Below are positions 1 through 9,915 of a stretch of 64,000 nucleotides of DNA, one piece after another. Each line of letters opens with the position of its first letter. Position 1 is the first letter of the stretch. Source of the stretch: Verrucomicrobiota bacterium (GTDB lineage Bacteria > Verrucomicrobiota > Verrucomicrobiia > Methylacidiphilales > UBA1321); assembly GCA_013285645.1 (NCBI GenBank), contig JABDHJ010000011.1, positions 544 through 64,543 of the forward strand. Direction: 5' to 3'. Made by a program: the position numbers and the translations under genes. The notes below the pieces were generated by a model that did no database searches, was not told the origin of the DNA, and saw only the letters and a program-made list of their open reading frames with translations.

Positions 1-1005
1 GTGGAAGAGGGAGAAGGCGTCGAGGTAGTTGCCTTTGGCGGGGTCCATGGCGGCGGTGAAGGCGGCCCAATGGAACCAGCCGGCGGGGATGTCGTATTTA
101 CCGTAGTGATCGAGGCCGGCCTGTTTGTAGACGCTGTTTGATTCGAGCTGTTCGATAAACCAATGCGAATCGGGTCCGGCTTGCGCGATGAGCTTTCTCC
201 GGTTTTCGTCGATGGGGAAATAGGGATCGCCGGTGGGATCGCCGACCGATTGGAGGCAGAGGTAGAATTTTTTGTATTGGGCGCTGTCGAGGTAGGAAAT
301 GCCAGAGTAGCCGTGATGGGAAAAGTTATAAATGCTGGTTCCTGCGTAGATCATGCTGATGCTGAAGATGAGGGTCGGGACTGAAAGTGCGACGAGATCG
401 AGATGGGACTTGAGCGACTTGGAGCGGAACTTCGAGAGCACCAGTACCAGGGCGAGAAGGGCGAAGAGGATGATGCTCACGAGCAGAGGAACAAGCACGC
501 TGCGGGTGATGGTAGAAAGGCCGAGGAAAAGAACGGAGAGGATGAGGAGGCTCCAGCGGGGTTTGGGGCCGATTCCGATGGCGAGGATGAAGCAGGAGAG
601 GCCCAGCATGGTTTCGACGAGCCAGACGTTGTCGGAATAGAGATGGGAGAAGAGTTCGGCTACTGATGGGTCGAAGATGAGGAGGACGAAGAGGCCGAGG
701 GAGAGTCCGCTTTTCCATGGCCAGGCGATGAGGGCCCTTATTATAAGAGCGGCGGCGAGAAGGAATGCGGTTTCGAGGCCGAGGCGAAAGGGTATACCGA
801 GATTATAGAAGAGTTGCCCGACCAGGCCGGTGCCGGGTGGATAGGCGAGGCCTCCGTTGGCGGGGTAGAGAATCTGGAGGAGATATTCGTGCGGATCGTC
901 GAGGGCGTCGGCGATTTCGGATTCCCAGATGAGCCAGAATTTCGCGATGAGTGCAACGAGAAAGCCGAGGAGGAGGAAGCGGGCTTTGAGGGACGAGGCG
1001 TTCAC
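1..1005 (-). CDS. Polytopic membrane protein, putative GT-C-fold (ArnT/PMT-like) glycosyltransferase; 3' end runs off the window
   Basis: Manually translated stop-free frame from GTG at 1005 to base 1: MNASSLKARFLLLGFLVALIAKFWLIWESEIADALDDPHEYLLQILYPANGGLAYPPGTG..., then several hydrophobic helices and a soluble loop. An acidic DD..EY motif and YPPG after TM1 resemble GT-C enzymes. Absent from the ORF track because no stop lies in the window. Confidence 0.7.
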   Translation of the reverse strand, partial: MNASSLKARFLLLGFLVALIAKFWLIWESEIADALDDPHEYLLQILYPANGGLAYPPGTGLVGQLFYNLGIPFRLGLETAFLLAAALIIRALIAWPWKSGLSLGLFVLLIFDPSVAELFSHLYSDNVWLVETMLGLSCFILAIGIGPKPRWSLLILSVLFLGLSTITRSVLVPLLVSIILFALLALVLVLSKFRSKSLKSHLDLVALSVPTLIFSISMIYAGTSIYNFSHHGYSGISYLDSAQYKKFYLCLQSVGDPTGDPYFPIDENRRKLIAQAGPDSHWFIEQLESNSVYKQAGLDHYGKYDIPAGWFHWAAFTAAMDPAKGNYLDAFSLFH

Positions 1006-1033
1006 GGGGTGAAGCCATTTTTGACGGGATTGG

Positions 1034-1156
1034 GGAATTACGGAATTACCAAATTTACTAAATTAACGGAATGGGAAGGCGGACTGATTTTTGACATGAA
1101 GGGGATGAAGGGAAACAGGGGAGGTTTCGCGCAACGACGCTACGGACGCAACGGGG
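1034..1156. repeat. Cluster of short imperfect 8-9 bp-period tandem repeats
   Basis: GGAATTAC-GGAATTAC-CAAATTTAC-TAAATTAAC-GGAAT (1034-1072), CATGAAGGG-GATGAAGGG (1095-1112), CGCAACGAC-GCTACGGAC-GCAACGG (~1130-1154). Confidence 0.35.
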
Positions 1157-1178
1157 GACAGGCTGAAGAATTAAAAGA

Positions 1179-1309
1179 CCTCGCAGCGGCGAGCAGCGGG
1201 GTATCGGGAGAGTCGCTTCCTGCGCGCTTCGCGCGTCCAGGCAACAAGTAGCCCGGGCCACCCGAAGCTGCACGCCGCAAGCGGCGGAGAGTTTATCCCG
1301 AGAGGTTAA
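1179..1309. repeat. Non-autonomous palindromic element (REP or IS200/IS605-end-like)
   Basis: Imperfect hairpin CCTCGCAGCGGCGAGCAGCGGGGTATC at 1179-1205 and perfect palindrome CGCCGC-AA-GCGGCG at 1273-1286, followed by ...CCCGAGAGGTTAA overlapping the nuoN stop. No transposase nearby. Confidence 0.35.
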
Positions 1310-2823
1310 TGCTGGACCAGGGCGACCGTCGTTGTGGCGGAGGCGCTGCTTTGCGCGAGGGTGGCGCCGTTGATGAGGGGGGCCATGGAATTCGCCCAGA
1401 ATCCAGTGAGGAGGAGCAGGAAGATGAGCACGATGAGGACGGCGCTGGTGACGCGGTTGACGCGGATGGGCGTTTCGTCGAGCGGCTCAGACCAGTACAT
1501 CGCCTTGATCGGGCCGAGATAATAGTAGAGAGCGGCAACCGCAGCGAAAATGGTAAAGCCAAGAAGGGTATAGAGTCCGCGATTCCATGCGACGAGGATG
1601 ACCATCATCTTGGCGATGAAGCCGCTTAACGGCGGCACGCCGGCCATCGAGACGAGGGAAAGCGCAAGGGCGGCGGAGAGGAGGGGCGAGCGTTGGGAGA
1701 GCCCGGCGAGGTGATGGATTTCGAGACCGGGTAAGCGGCGCTCGAGAACGGCGAGGACGATGAAGGCCGTGAAGGTCGCGAGGAGATAGGTGACGAGATA
1801 GACCATGACGGCGGTCTGGCCGGTTTGCGCGTCGTTGTTGAAGGGCAGGACTTTTCCGGTGAGGACCGTGGCCGCGCCGACAATGGCAACGAGGATGAAT
1901 CCCGTGTGGCCGATGCTGGAATAGCCGAGCATGCGCTTGAGATTGCGCTGGGGGATGGCAGCAAGATTGCCCAGAAGCAGTGACGCGATGGCGCCGACGG
2001 AAAGAACCGGTATCCAGATGGCAGCGGCAGCCTGCGTGTTGAAGAGGCCGAGAACCACGCGCATGAGGATGATAAATCCACCGGCCTTCGAGCCGACGGA
2101 GAGGAAGGCGGTGATCGAATTGGGCGCGCCTTCATAGACGTCGGGCGCCCAGCTCTGGAAGGGCACCATGGCGATCTTGAAGCCGATACCGGTAATGACG
2201 AGGAGCAGTCCGAAAGCGACGCCGGGAGGCAACGGCTGATCGTGAAGCCGCGCGCCGATGAGATCGAACCGGGTGCAGCCGGTGAGTCCGAAGATGTAGG
2301 CGACTCCCATGACCAAAAAGGCGGAGGAGAGTCCGCCGAGGATGAGATATTTGACACCGGCCTCAAGGGCCACAAGGCTGCGGCGGTGATAGGCGACGAG
2401 AATGTAGAAAGAGATGGTAACGAGTTCGAGCGCGATGAAGAGCAGGATGAAATCGTTGGCCGAGGCGAGGAGCATCAGCCCGGCGGTGGTGAAGAGAGGG
2501 AGAACGACAAACTCGCCGCCGCCGTGAGGGACCGGTTCCTGGACTTCGTCGCCCATCCAGATGACCAGGGCGGCGACGACTAGAAAGAAGAGATGGAAGA
2601 ATTTGGCCGCGCCGTCCCACTTGCTTACACCGCCCCAGAAAAGAATGGGCGTGCTGTCCAGGCACAACGTGATGATCGCGGCGATGGCGAGACCGCCCAG
2701 TGCCCATGCGGCGACGACGCGGGGCGAGAGCGACAGGAACGCCTCGGCCAAAAGAAGTCCCATCGCCCAAATAGTGAGCAGGATTTCAGGCGCAAAGTAG
2801 GCGACGTAGGTGTTGGGAATCAT
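1306..2823 (-). CDS. nuoN: NADH-quinone oxidoreductase subunit N
   Basis: 505 aa polytopic protein; EAGVKYLILG, GFKIAMVPFQSWAPDVYEGAP, NLKRMLGYSSIGHTG; last gene of nuoI-N. Confidence 0.96.
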   Translation of the reverse strand: MIPNTYVAYFAPEILLTIWAMGLLLAEAFLSLSPRVVAAWALGGLAIAAIITLCLDSTPILFWGGVSKWDGAAKFFHLFFLVVAALVIWMGDEVQEPVPHGGGEFVVLPLFTTAGLMLLASANDFILLFIALELVTISFYILVAYHRRSLVALEAGVKYLILGGLSSAFLVMGVAYIFGLTGCTRFDLIGARLHDQPLPPGVAFGLLLVITGIGFKIAMVPFQSWAPDVYEGAPNSITAFLSVGSKAGGFIILMRVVLGLFNTQAAAAIWIPVLSVGAIASLLLGNLAAIPQRNLKRMLGYSSIGHTGFILVAIVGAATVLTGKVLPFNNDAQTGQTAVMVYLVTYLLATFTAFIVLAVLERRLPGLEIHHLAGLSQRSPLLSAALALSLVSMAGVPPLSGFIAKMMVILVAWNRGLYTLLGFTIFAAVAALYYYLGPIKAMYWSEPLDETPIRVNRVTSAVLIVLIFLLLLTGFWANSMAPLINGATLAQSSASATTTVALVQH

Positions 2824-2829
2824 CGGGAA

Positions 2830-4389
2830 CTACCTTAGAGATGGCATGAAGGGTAAGAGCGAGACGCTGGGCTCGACGATGTGAATGAGAAGGAAGGGCA
2901 TGAAGCCGATGATCAGCGAGGCGAGAATGAGCAGGATGTAGGGCACGTTTTCGGCGAGAGTCGATACATCGGTCATGCCGGGAGATGCTAGGGTCTCCCC
3001 AGAGGCGGCGTGTGGGTCATAGCGGGCGGGCATTGCGCCATAGAAGACGTGCTTGATGGCGCGGAGTTGGAAGATGGCGGTGAGAACCGTGCCGTAGATG
3101 GCGATGACGGTGAAGATAGCACCTGGAATCCCGTGACCTTCGGACATGATGGGTATCCACAGCTTGGCGGTGATCGAGCCGAAGAAGACCATCAACTCGC
3201 CGGCGAAATTGGCGAGGCCGGGCACGCCCATCGAGGCCATCGAGGCGAAACTGAAAAGCACGGCGAGCAGAGGCGCGCGTTGAGCGAGACCACCGAGCTC
3301 GGCGAAGCGGTTTTCGCCGGAGCGGTGGGTGATTTCACCGCTAAGACCGAAGAGAAGCGCGGCGGAAAGTCCATGACCGACCATGAGGACAACCGCACCC
3401 GTGACGCCGATGATGTTCCAGCACGCAATTCCGAGAAAGAGATAGCCCATGTGCATGACGCTGGAAAAACCAATCATGGTCGGCAGTTCCTTTTGGGCGA
3501 GCGTGACAAATCCAGCGTAGAGGAAGTTCAGGGAGAGCAACGTGAGGATGAGCGGGAGGCAGGTCTCGAAGCCGTCATGGAGCATCGGAATGGCGATCCG
3601 AATCATGCCGTAAATGGCGAACTTTTTCAGGATGCCAGCGTGCAGCATTGCGGTGGCAGGCGGAGCGGAGGCATAGCCGGGCGGTGCCCAGGAATGGAAG
3701 GGAAAGAGTCCAACCAGAATGCCAAAACCAATGAGCAGGAGGAAAAAGATGACGTCTTGCGCGGCGGGAGCGATGGGATGCACTGTGACGTAGGCCTGGA
3801 GCGCGACGATGTCGAAGGTGCGCGCCGGGGCAGGCAACGCCATGACGAGCGCGATGAGACCAGCGAGAAGAATGAGGCTGCCCGCCATGAGATAGATCGT
3901 CACTTGGAAGGAGGCGAACTGGCGGTTCTGCGCGCCCCAGATGCCGATAAGCAGGAAGGTGGGGATGAGCGCGAACTCGTGGAAGATGAAGAAGAAGAAC
4001 AGATCGAGCGAGATGAACGCGCCCATTGCACCGAGCGACATGAGGAGAAGATAGCAGTAGTACTCGGACGTGCGGCGAATGAAGCCGGGAGAGATCGCGA
4101 CCGCAGCGAACGTGACGATGGCGGTGAGAAAGACGAGCGGCAGGCTGATGCCATCCACGCCGACATGCAGATTGATTGGCGGCAGGCCGGGGAGATTGAC
4201 CCAGGGCACATTCATTTCCCATTCATATCCGCCCTGGGCAGCCGGGTATATGAAGAGCAGGCCGATGGATAGAGCCAAATTGAATAAGGCGGCGATGCCT
4301 GCCGTCATCTGCGCGGGCGCCTTCAACAAAATAAAGACAATGGCGATGAGCGGCGCCAGAAGCAGAAGGAGAAGCGGAGAAAAATTCAC
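2830..4389 (-). CDS. nuoM: NADH-quinone oxidoreductase subunit M
   Basis: 519 aa; GVDGISLPL, FFIFHEFALIP, FPFHSWAP, FSSVMHMG, PGLANFAGE; lies between nuoL and nuoN. Confidence 0.95.
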   Translation of the reverse strand: MNFSPLLLLLLAPLIAIVFILLKAPAQMTAGIAALFNLALSIGLLFIYPAAQGGYEWEMNVPWVNLPGLPPINLHVGVDGISLPLVFLTAIVTFAAVAISPGFIRRTSEYYCYLLLMSLGAMGAFISLDLFFFFIFHEFALIPTFLLIGIWGAQNRQFASFQVTIYLMAGSLILLAGLIALVMALPAPARTFDIVALQAYVTVHPIAPAAQDVIFFLLLIGFGILVGLFPFHSWAPPGYASAPPATAMLHAGILKKFAIYGMIRIAIPMLHDGFETCLPLILTLLSLNFLYAGFVTLAQKELPTMIGFSSVMHMGYLFLGIACWNIIGVTGAVVLMVGHGLSAALLFGLSGEITHRSGENRFAELGGLAQRAPLLAVLFSFASMASMGVPGLANFAGELMVFFGSITAKLWIPIMSEGHGIPGAIFTVIAIYGTVLTAIFQLRAIKHVFYGAMPARYDPHAASGETLASPGMTDVSTLAENVPYILLILASLIIGFMPFLLIHIVEPSVSLLPFMPSLR

Positions 4390-4395
4390 GGTGGG

Positions 4396-6378
4396 TTAGT
4401 GGGTGAAGAGGGTGAAATAAATCAGCAGGACGCCACCGATACTGAAGATAAACGCGTAGGTTTGCAGACTGCCGGTTTGAAAGAGCCGGAACACTTCGCC
4501 GACGCCGACGCTGATGTAGGCCGCGCCGCGAATGATCAGGCCCTCGAGGATCCAGCTGTCCATCCAGTTGAGAACCCGGGCAGTCCGCTGTTGTCCACCG
4601 ACGAGATTACGGTCGTAGAACTCGTCGCAATAGAATTTATGGGCGAGGAGCTTGATGTTCAGCGGATCGCGATCACGTCCGCGATAAAGGAAAAAGGCTG
4701 AAACAGCGCCCGCCGAGACAGTCATAAGAGGCACAAGCCAATCAGGAAAAATGCCGCTTTCCGCCAAGGGAATTGCGGACTCGACGCCCGTGGGAACGAG
4801 GCCAACGGCGTTAAGGACGCTGACAAACCAGTCATGATAGTGCGCTTTGATACCGACAATGCTCCAACCACCGACAAGAGAAAGGATGGCAAGCAGGACC
4901 AGGGGAATGGTCATCACTGGCGGTGACTCATGGGGATGCTCGGCGGCAGGAGTGCGGGCCGGCCCAAGGAAAGCGACGACAACCAAGCGAGTCATATAAA
5001 ACGCGGTGAAAAATGCGGCAGCCACGCCAACCCAGTAGAAAATGGGATTACGGTCGTAAGCAACGGAAAGGATGTAATCCTTGCTGAAGAAACCAGCGAA
5101 GGGCGGGAAGCCGCTCAAGGCCAGCATGCCGATGAGGAAAGTCCAATAGGTCAGCGGAATTTTCTTGGAGAGGCCGCCCATCTTCCAGATGTCCTGCTCG
5201 TCGTGCAGCGCGTGGATGACCGATCCCGCCGCGAGGAAGAGGAGCGCCTTGAAGAACGCATGCGTGCTGAGATGGAACATCGCGGCATCCGGACCGCCGC
5301 AACCGACGGCCATGACCATGTAACCGAGTTGCGAGAGCGTGGAATAGGCGAGGATGCGCTTGATGTCGTTTTGCTGGACGGCGATGAGCGCGGCAAAGAT
5401 GGCGGTGAAGCAACCGATCGAGGCGATGACCGTCATGCCGGTGGAGGAAAGGATCAGAAGTGGATAGACGCGACAAAGCATGTAGACGCCGGCGGCGACC
5501 ATGGTGGCGGCGTGGATGAGCGCGGAGACCGGGGTCGGGCCTTCCATGGCATCGGGTAGCCAGACGTGGAACGGGAACATGGCCGATTTTCCCACGCAAC
5601 CCAGAAAAAGGCCGAGGACCATGATGGTCAGCAGAAACGATGTGGCTTCAATGCCGCCGATATGGCGAACATTGATGGAGGGCCCGTGATGCAAGCTCTG
5701 CTCCATGGGCGTCAGGGTGGTTTGAACCTGCGCGAGAGAAATGGCCGGATGATAATTAGCGACTACGGCGGGCTCGATCGAAACGCTGCCGGAGAGAAGC
5801 CAGTAGGTCAGGATGCCGATCATGAAACCGAAGTCGGCGAGACGATTGCAGACAAAGGCCTTGTTGGCGGCGGCAGCGGCGCTTTCCTTCGTGAACCAGA
5901 AACCGATGAGAAGATAGGAACTGAGCCCGACGCCCTCCCAGAAGAAGAAGAGCTCGATGAGGTTGGTCGAAAGGACAATGCCCGTCATCGAAAACATGAA
6001 GATGGAAAGTCCGCCGAAGAAACGTCCACGACCTGGATCGTTCTTCATGTACCCGTAGGAATAGATGTGCACCAACATGCCGACACCCGTGACAATCAGG
6101 AGCATGCCCTTGGAAAGAGCGTCGAAGATCATGCCGATCTCGATGTTGACGCTGGGAGACTCGCTTGAGCCGGGAAGGGAAATCCAAGTCCACGGTTCAG
6201 GCGCGGGCAGGTTGCCGAAAGCGACGTCCAGGGCGATCAGAAAGCAAATCACGGCCGAGCCGATGGACGCAAAGATCGCCATGTCATGCTTCTTATAGAG
6301 ATGAAGCAGGATCGCAACCGACGCGGCCAGCGGCGTAATCAGCAAGAACCAGCCGATGTAGGAGTGTTCGGTGCCCAT
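4396..6378 (-). CDS. nuoL: NADH-quinone oxidoreductase subunit L
   Basis: 660 aa; GKSAMFPFHVWLPDAMEGPTPVSALIHAATMV, DIKRILAYSTLSQLGYM, THAFFKALLFL. Confidence 0.97.
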   Translation of the reverse strand: MGTEHSYIGWFLLITPLAASVAILLHLYKKHDMAIFASIGSAVICFLIALDVAFGNLPAPEPWTWISLPGSSESPSVNIEIGMIFDALSKGMLLIVTGVGMLVHIYSYGYMKNDPGRGRFFGGLSIFMFSMTGIVLSTNLIELFFFWEGVGLSSYLLIGFWFTKESAAAAANKAFVCNRLADFGFMIGILTYWLLSGSVSIEPAVVANYHPAISLAQVQTTLTPMEQSLHHGPSINVRHIGGIEATSFLLTIMVLGLFLGCVGKSAMFPFHVWLPDAMEGPTPVSALIHAATMVAAGVYMLCRVYPLLILSSTGMTVIASIGCFTAIFAALIAVQQNDIKRILAYSTLSQLGYMVMAVGCGGPDAAMFHLSTHAFFKALLFLAAGSVIHALHDEQDIWKMGGLSKKIPLTYWTFLIGMLALSGFPPFAGFFSKDYILSVAYDRNPIFYWVGVAAAFFTAFYMTRLVVVAFLGPARTPAAEHPHESPPVMTIPLVLLAILSLVGGWSIVGIKAHYHDWFVSVLNAVGLVPTGVESAIPLAESGIFPDWLVPLMTVSAGAVSAFFLYRGRDRDPLNIKLLAHKFYCDEFYDRNLVGGQQRTARVLNWMDSWILEGLIIRGAAYISVGVGEVFRLFQTGSLQTYAFIFSIGGVLLIYFTLFTH

Positions 6379-6383
6379 GGTCT

Positions 6384-6689
6384 CTAGAATTTGAGGGAGG
6401 TGAGGTCCTGCACCTGGGTGGTTTGGCGCAGCCGGTAAAGAGCGACGATCAGGGCCAAGCCGACGGCGACCTCCGCGGCGGCGACGGTGATGACGAAGAA
6501 AACGAAGACCTGTCCATCGAGGGAGCCGTTGAAGCGGCTGAAGGCGACAAGCGTGAGGTTGGCGGCCTGCAACATCATTTCGAGCGACATATAGATGATG
6601 ATGAGATTGCGCCGGGTGATCACCCCGATGAGCCCGATGACGAAGAGAATCGCGCCGACTGCCAGATAATGATTGAGCGTGATGTCCAT
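6384..6689 (-). CDS. nuoK: NADH-quinone oxidoreductase subunit K
   Basis: 101 aa; [15 protein letters not shown] and [12 protein letters not shown]. Confidence 0.96.
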   Translation of the reverse strand: MDITLNHYLAVGAILFVIGLIGVITRRNLIIIYMSLEMMLQAANLTLVAFSRFNGSLDGQVFVFFVITVAAAEVAVGLALIVALYRLRQTTQVQDLTSLKF

Positions 6690-6695
6690 GGCGGT

Positions 6696-7364
6696 TTACC
6701 GGGTGGAGACGGTCTCAGGCTTGGTGGATTTGGGCGGCGCCTCACGGATGATTTCCTCGCGCGAGGCGGGACGGCGAGGTTCGTCTTGTTTGCAGATGAC
6801 GATCACGCCGATGGCGGCGACGAGGATAAGAAGGCTGGTGACTTCAAAGGGCGCGATGTAGGTGGTGGTCTCCCTGTTGGTGTAGAGGAGGAAGCCAATC
6901 CGGTGTGTGTCGTCGAAGATGTCTTCCAAGAAACCCGGGGTAGCGCCCGGATGAGTCCCTGTACGCATGGCCACAACTCTAGGAGATGGAACGTGCAGCG
7001 GAGCCTGCTCAATGGTGACCGCGCCCTCCGGTGTGGCATTGAGCGTGAGGGCAACGACGTACAGAAAGCCGAGGGCCAGCAACAGCGCGCAGCCCATCCA
7101 GACTTTCTGGCGCGGGATTTTTTCGGCTGCGTTGAGGTCGAGCAGCATGATGATGAAAAGGAAGAGGACCATGACCGCGCCAGCGGTGACGAGAATCTGC
7201 ACCGCCGCGAGGAAAAAGGCGTTGAGCATGACGAAGAGGCCCGACATGAAAAAGATGGTGAACGCGAAGCAGATCGCGCTGGTGACCGGACTGCGACCGA
7301 GAACGACGGTGAGCGCACAGACAATCATCGCGATGGAAAAGAGCCAGAAAAAGAGGGCGTTCAT
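6696..7364 (-). CDS. nuoJ: NADH-quinone oxidoreductase subunit J
   Basis: 222 aa; FLAAVQILVTAGAVMVLFLFIIMLL and PFEVTSLLILVAAIG. Confidence 0.93.
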   Translation of the reverse strand: MNALFFWLFSIAMIVCALTVVLGRSPVTSAICFAFTIFFMSGLFVMLNAFFLAAVQILVTAGAVMVLFLFIIMLLDLNAAEKIPRQKVWMGCALLLALGFLYVVALTLNATPEGAVTIEQAPLHVPSPRVVAMRTGTHPGATPGFLEDIFDDTHRIGFLLYTNRETTTYIAPFEVTSLLILVAAIGVIVICKQDEPRRPASREEIIREAPPKSTKPETVSTR

Positions 7365-7469
7365 GGCGCGATCAATTCCTTAAGCTGGAACAGGCCGCGA
7401 AACTGCAGGGGTGGTGTTCGGCGTGTCATGGTTCATTCTCCAGTCATTCCCCGAAATACGAATCTACTC

Positions 7470-7988
7470 TTACTTATTCTCGTCCCATTTATGAATCGGC
7501 TTGGGCAGCATGCCACCCAGTTCGTAAAGCTTGGCTTTGTCGTGGACCATCTCGGCGCGCGTGAGACCGGTGATCGCGTAATCTTTCAGGAGGAAGATGG
7601 CTTCCTCAGGGCAAACTTCCTCGCAGAGGCCGCAGTAGATGCAGCGGATCATGTCGATGTCGAACGCCTTCGGGGCCTTCTCGACTTTGGCGTGGGGAGA
7701 ATCGAGAGGGATTTCGCCCGGATGAATGCGGATCGCGCGGGGCGGGCAGATGAATTCACAGAGCTGGCAACTGACGCATTTTTCGCGGCCCTCTTCGTCG
7801 CGGACCAAAGTGGGCGCACCTCGATAGCCATCGGGCATGGGCCATTTCTCTTCGGGGTATTGCATGGTCGTCTTGCGGCGACCGCGTAATTGATCGATGA
7901 AATGGCGCGCAGTAATCACCATGCCCTGGAAGATGCCGGGCAAATAAAGATTCTCGAACCAAGAGAGTTTCGGACGAGAAACAATCAT
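7470..7988 (-). CDS. nuoI: NADH-quinone oxidoreductase subunit I (2x[4Fe-4S])
   Basis: TMQYPEEK; two ferredoxin motifs CVSCQLCEFICP and CIYCGLCEEVCP; ATG at 7988 preferred over TTG at 8009. Confidence 0.95.
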   Translation of the reverse strand: MIVSRPKLSWFENLYLPGIFQGMVITARHFIDQLRGRRKTTMQYPEEKWPMPDGYRGAPTLVRDEEGREKCVSCQLCEFICPPRAIRIHPGEIPLDSPHAKVEKAPKAFDIDMIRCIYCGLCEEVCPEEAIFLLKDYAITGLTRAEMVHDKAKLYELGGMLPKPIHKWDENK

Positions 7989-8104
7989 TACGCCGCCATC
8001 GTAACGCAAGAAACTCAGGAGACAACGAGATTGTTTGAAAAAATTTCAGGTCTTTTTTCCTCTTAATTATGTCATTCCGGTTAAAAAATTTGCAGACTGA
8101 AGCC

Positions 8105-9286
8105 GTGCGCATCCTGCTGCTCAATCAGGTTTTTTATCCCGATCCGCAGGCGTCCAGCCAGTACCTGAGCCGCTTGGCGGACGAACTGGCGCAACTGGGA
8201 CATCAAGTAACCGTGCTGACCGCGCGGCGCGATTACGACAACCCCACCCGCCAATACCCTCCCCGCGAAACGTGGCGCGACGTAGAGATCATCCGGGTCT
8301 GGAATACGGGGTGGGGTCATGGCTCCAAGATGGGGCTCGCTGTCGATTACCTGACCTTTCTCATGGCGGCGTTGCTGCGCGGACTTCTGCTGAAGCGGGT
8401 CGATGAGGTGGTGGCGCTGACTTCCCCTCCCCTGGTTTCGGTGGTGGGCGCGATTCTTGCCGGGATCTGGCGGGCCCGATTTGTCTACTGGTTGATGGAT
8501 ATGAATCCGGACGAGGCGATCGCGGTGGGTTGGTTGCGGGCTGGATCATTCTTGGCGCGGATGCTGGAGATGGCTTCCAGGTGGAGTCTGCGGCAGGCGG
8601 ATAAGATTATCGTTCTGGATCGTTACATGCGCGATCGACTGGAGACGAAGGGTATCGCCTCGGAAAAGGTTGAGGTGATTCCCCTCTGGACACAGGAGAA
8701 GGCTAAGTTCTATCCGGACAAGCGGCTTCAATTTCGGCAGGAGCACGGCCTCTCGGACAAATATTTTGTTCTCTATGCGGGCAATCATACGCCGTGTCAT
8801 CCGCTGGATACGCTCGTCGCGGCGGCAAGGCTTTTACAGGACGAGCCCCGGATTTGCTTTGGTTTTGTCGGATTCGGTATCGACTGGAATCGGCTGCGGG
8901 AGCAGGCCCGGATTGAAAAGTGGTCGAATACGCTTTTCCTGGGTTTTCAACCACTCGAGACGGGGCTGCTCTCGGCAGCGGACGTGCAGGTGGTCGTGAT
9001 GGGGGATCCCTTTGTGGGCATCATTCATCCGTGCAAGGCCTATAACTTCCTGGCGGCGCGGCGTCCCTTTATATATGTAGGACCGGAACAAAGTCACGTG
9101 ACCGACTTGATCAAGGACGCCGGGCTGGAAGGCGTGACCGCCGCCTTCCGGCATGGAGAGAGCCGTGACTTGGCCGATGAGCTCCGGCGACGAGTGGGAG
9201 AAGCCGCCGCTCCTTGGCCGGACAAGAGCCGGACGCTGCCTTGGACAGAAGCCGTTGTCCTGGAAAAAATGCTCGCGGCGCTGTGA
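8105..9286 (+). CDS. Glycosyltransferase family 4 (WbuB-like)
   Basis: MRILLLNQVFYPD start (GTG 8105; ORF opens at 8069), TSPPL, MDMNPD, VLYAGN, HPCKAYNFLAA. Confidence 0.88.
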   Translation: MRILLLNQVFYPDPQASSQYLSRLADELAQLGHQVTVLTARRDYDNPTRQYPPRETWRDVEIIRVWNTGWGHGSKMGLAVDYLTFLMAALLRGLLLKRVDEVVALTSPPLVSVVGAILAGIWRARFVYWLMDMNPDEAIAVGWLRAGSFLARMLEMASRWSLRQADKIIVLDRYMRDRLETKGIASEKVEVIPLWTQEKAKFYPDKRLQFRQEHGLSDKYFVLYAGNHTPCHPLDTLVAAARLLQDEPRICFGFVGFGIDWNRLREQARIEKWSNTLFLGFQPLETGLLSAADVQVVVMGDPFVGIIHPCKAYNFLAARRPFIYVGPEQSHVTDLIKDAGLEGVTAAFRHGESRDLADELRRRVGEAAAPWPDKSRTLPWTEAVVLEKMLAAL

Positions 9287-9463
9287 CCTAAAGTTATTCA
9301 TCTAAGCAGATAAATAATTACCTCAGAATTTTCTTGCGCACTGTCGGTCTGATCTTACCATGCGGCTTTAAGGTAAGTTGACGTTCGGTGCTAGGTGAGT
9401 TTTAGCTCAGTGGCAGCGTAGATCCGATCCCGGAGACATCAGCAAGCCATCCAAAAGGAAAAA

Positions 9464-9856
<393 letters not shown>

Positions 9857-9870
9857 TCGTAACTAATTTC

Positions 9871-9906
9871 AAAAAACCGGCTCAAGGAATTGAGCCGGTT
9901 TTTTTT
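9871..9906 (+). terminator. Rho-independent terminator, potentially bidirectional
   Basis: AAAAAACCGGCTCAA-GGAA-TTGAGCCGGTTTTTTTT, 15 nt after the RRM stop. Confidence 0.9.
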
Positions 9907-9915
9907 GTGTCCCTT

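Noticed and set aside
326-1018. Track ORFs 326..718, 741..956 and 803..1018 on the minus strand
   Set aside because: Off-frame shadows of the real 1..1005 gene.
3010-7889. Long plus-strand ORFs antisense to nuo genes (420 aa, 488 aa), and similar ones at 15715, 23869, 28510, 30733 and 42990
   Set aside because: Typical antisense shadows of GC-rich, codon-biased genes; no motifs, and they overlap well-supported genes.
9401-9440. TAGCTCAGTGG resembling a tRNA D-arm
   Set aside because: No anticodon arm, T-loop or acceptor stem follows; not a tRNA.
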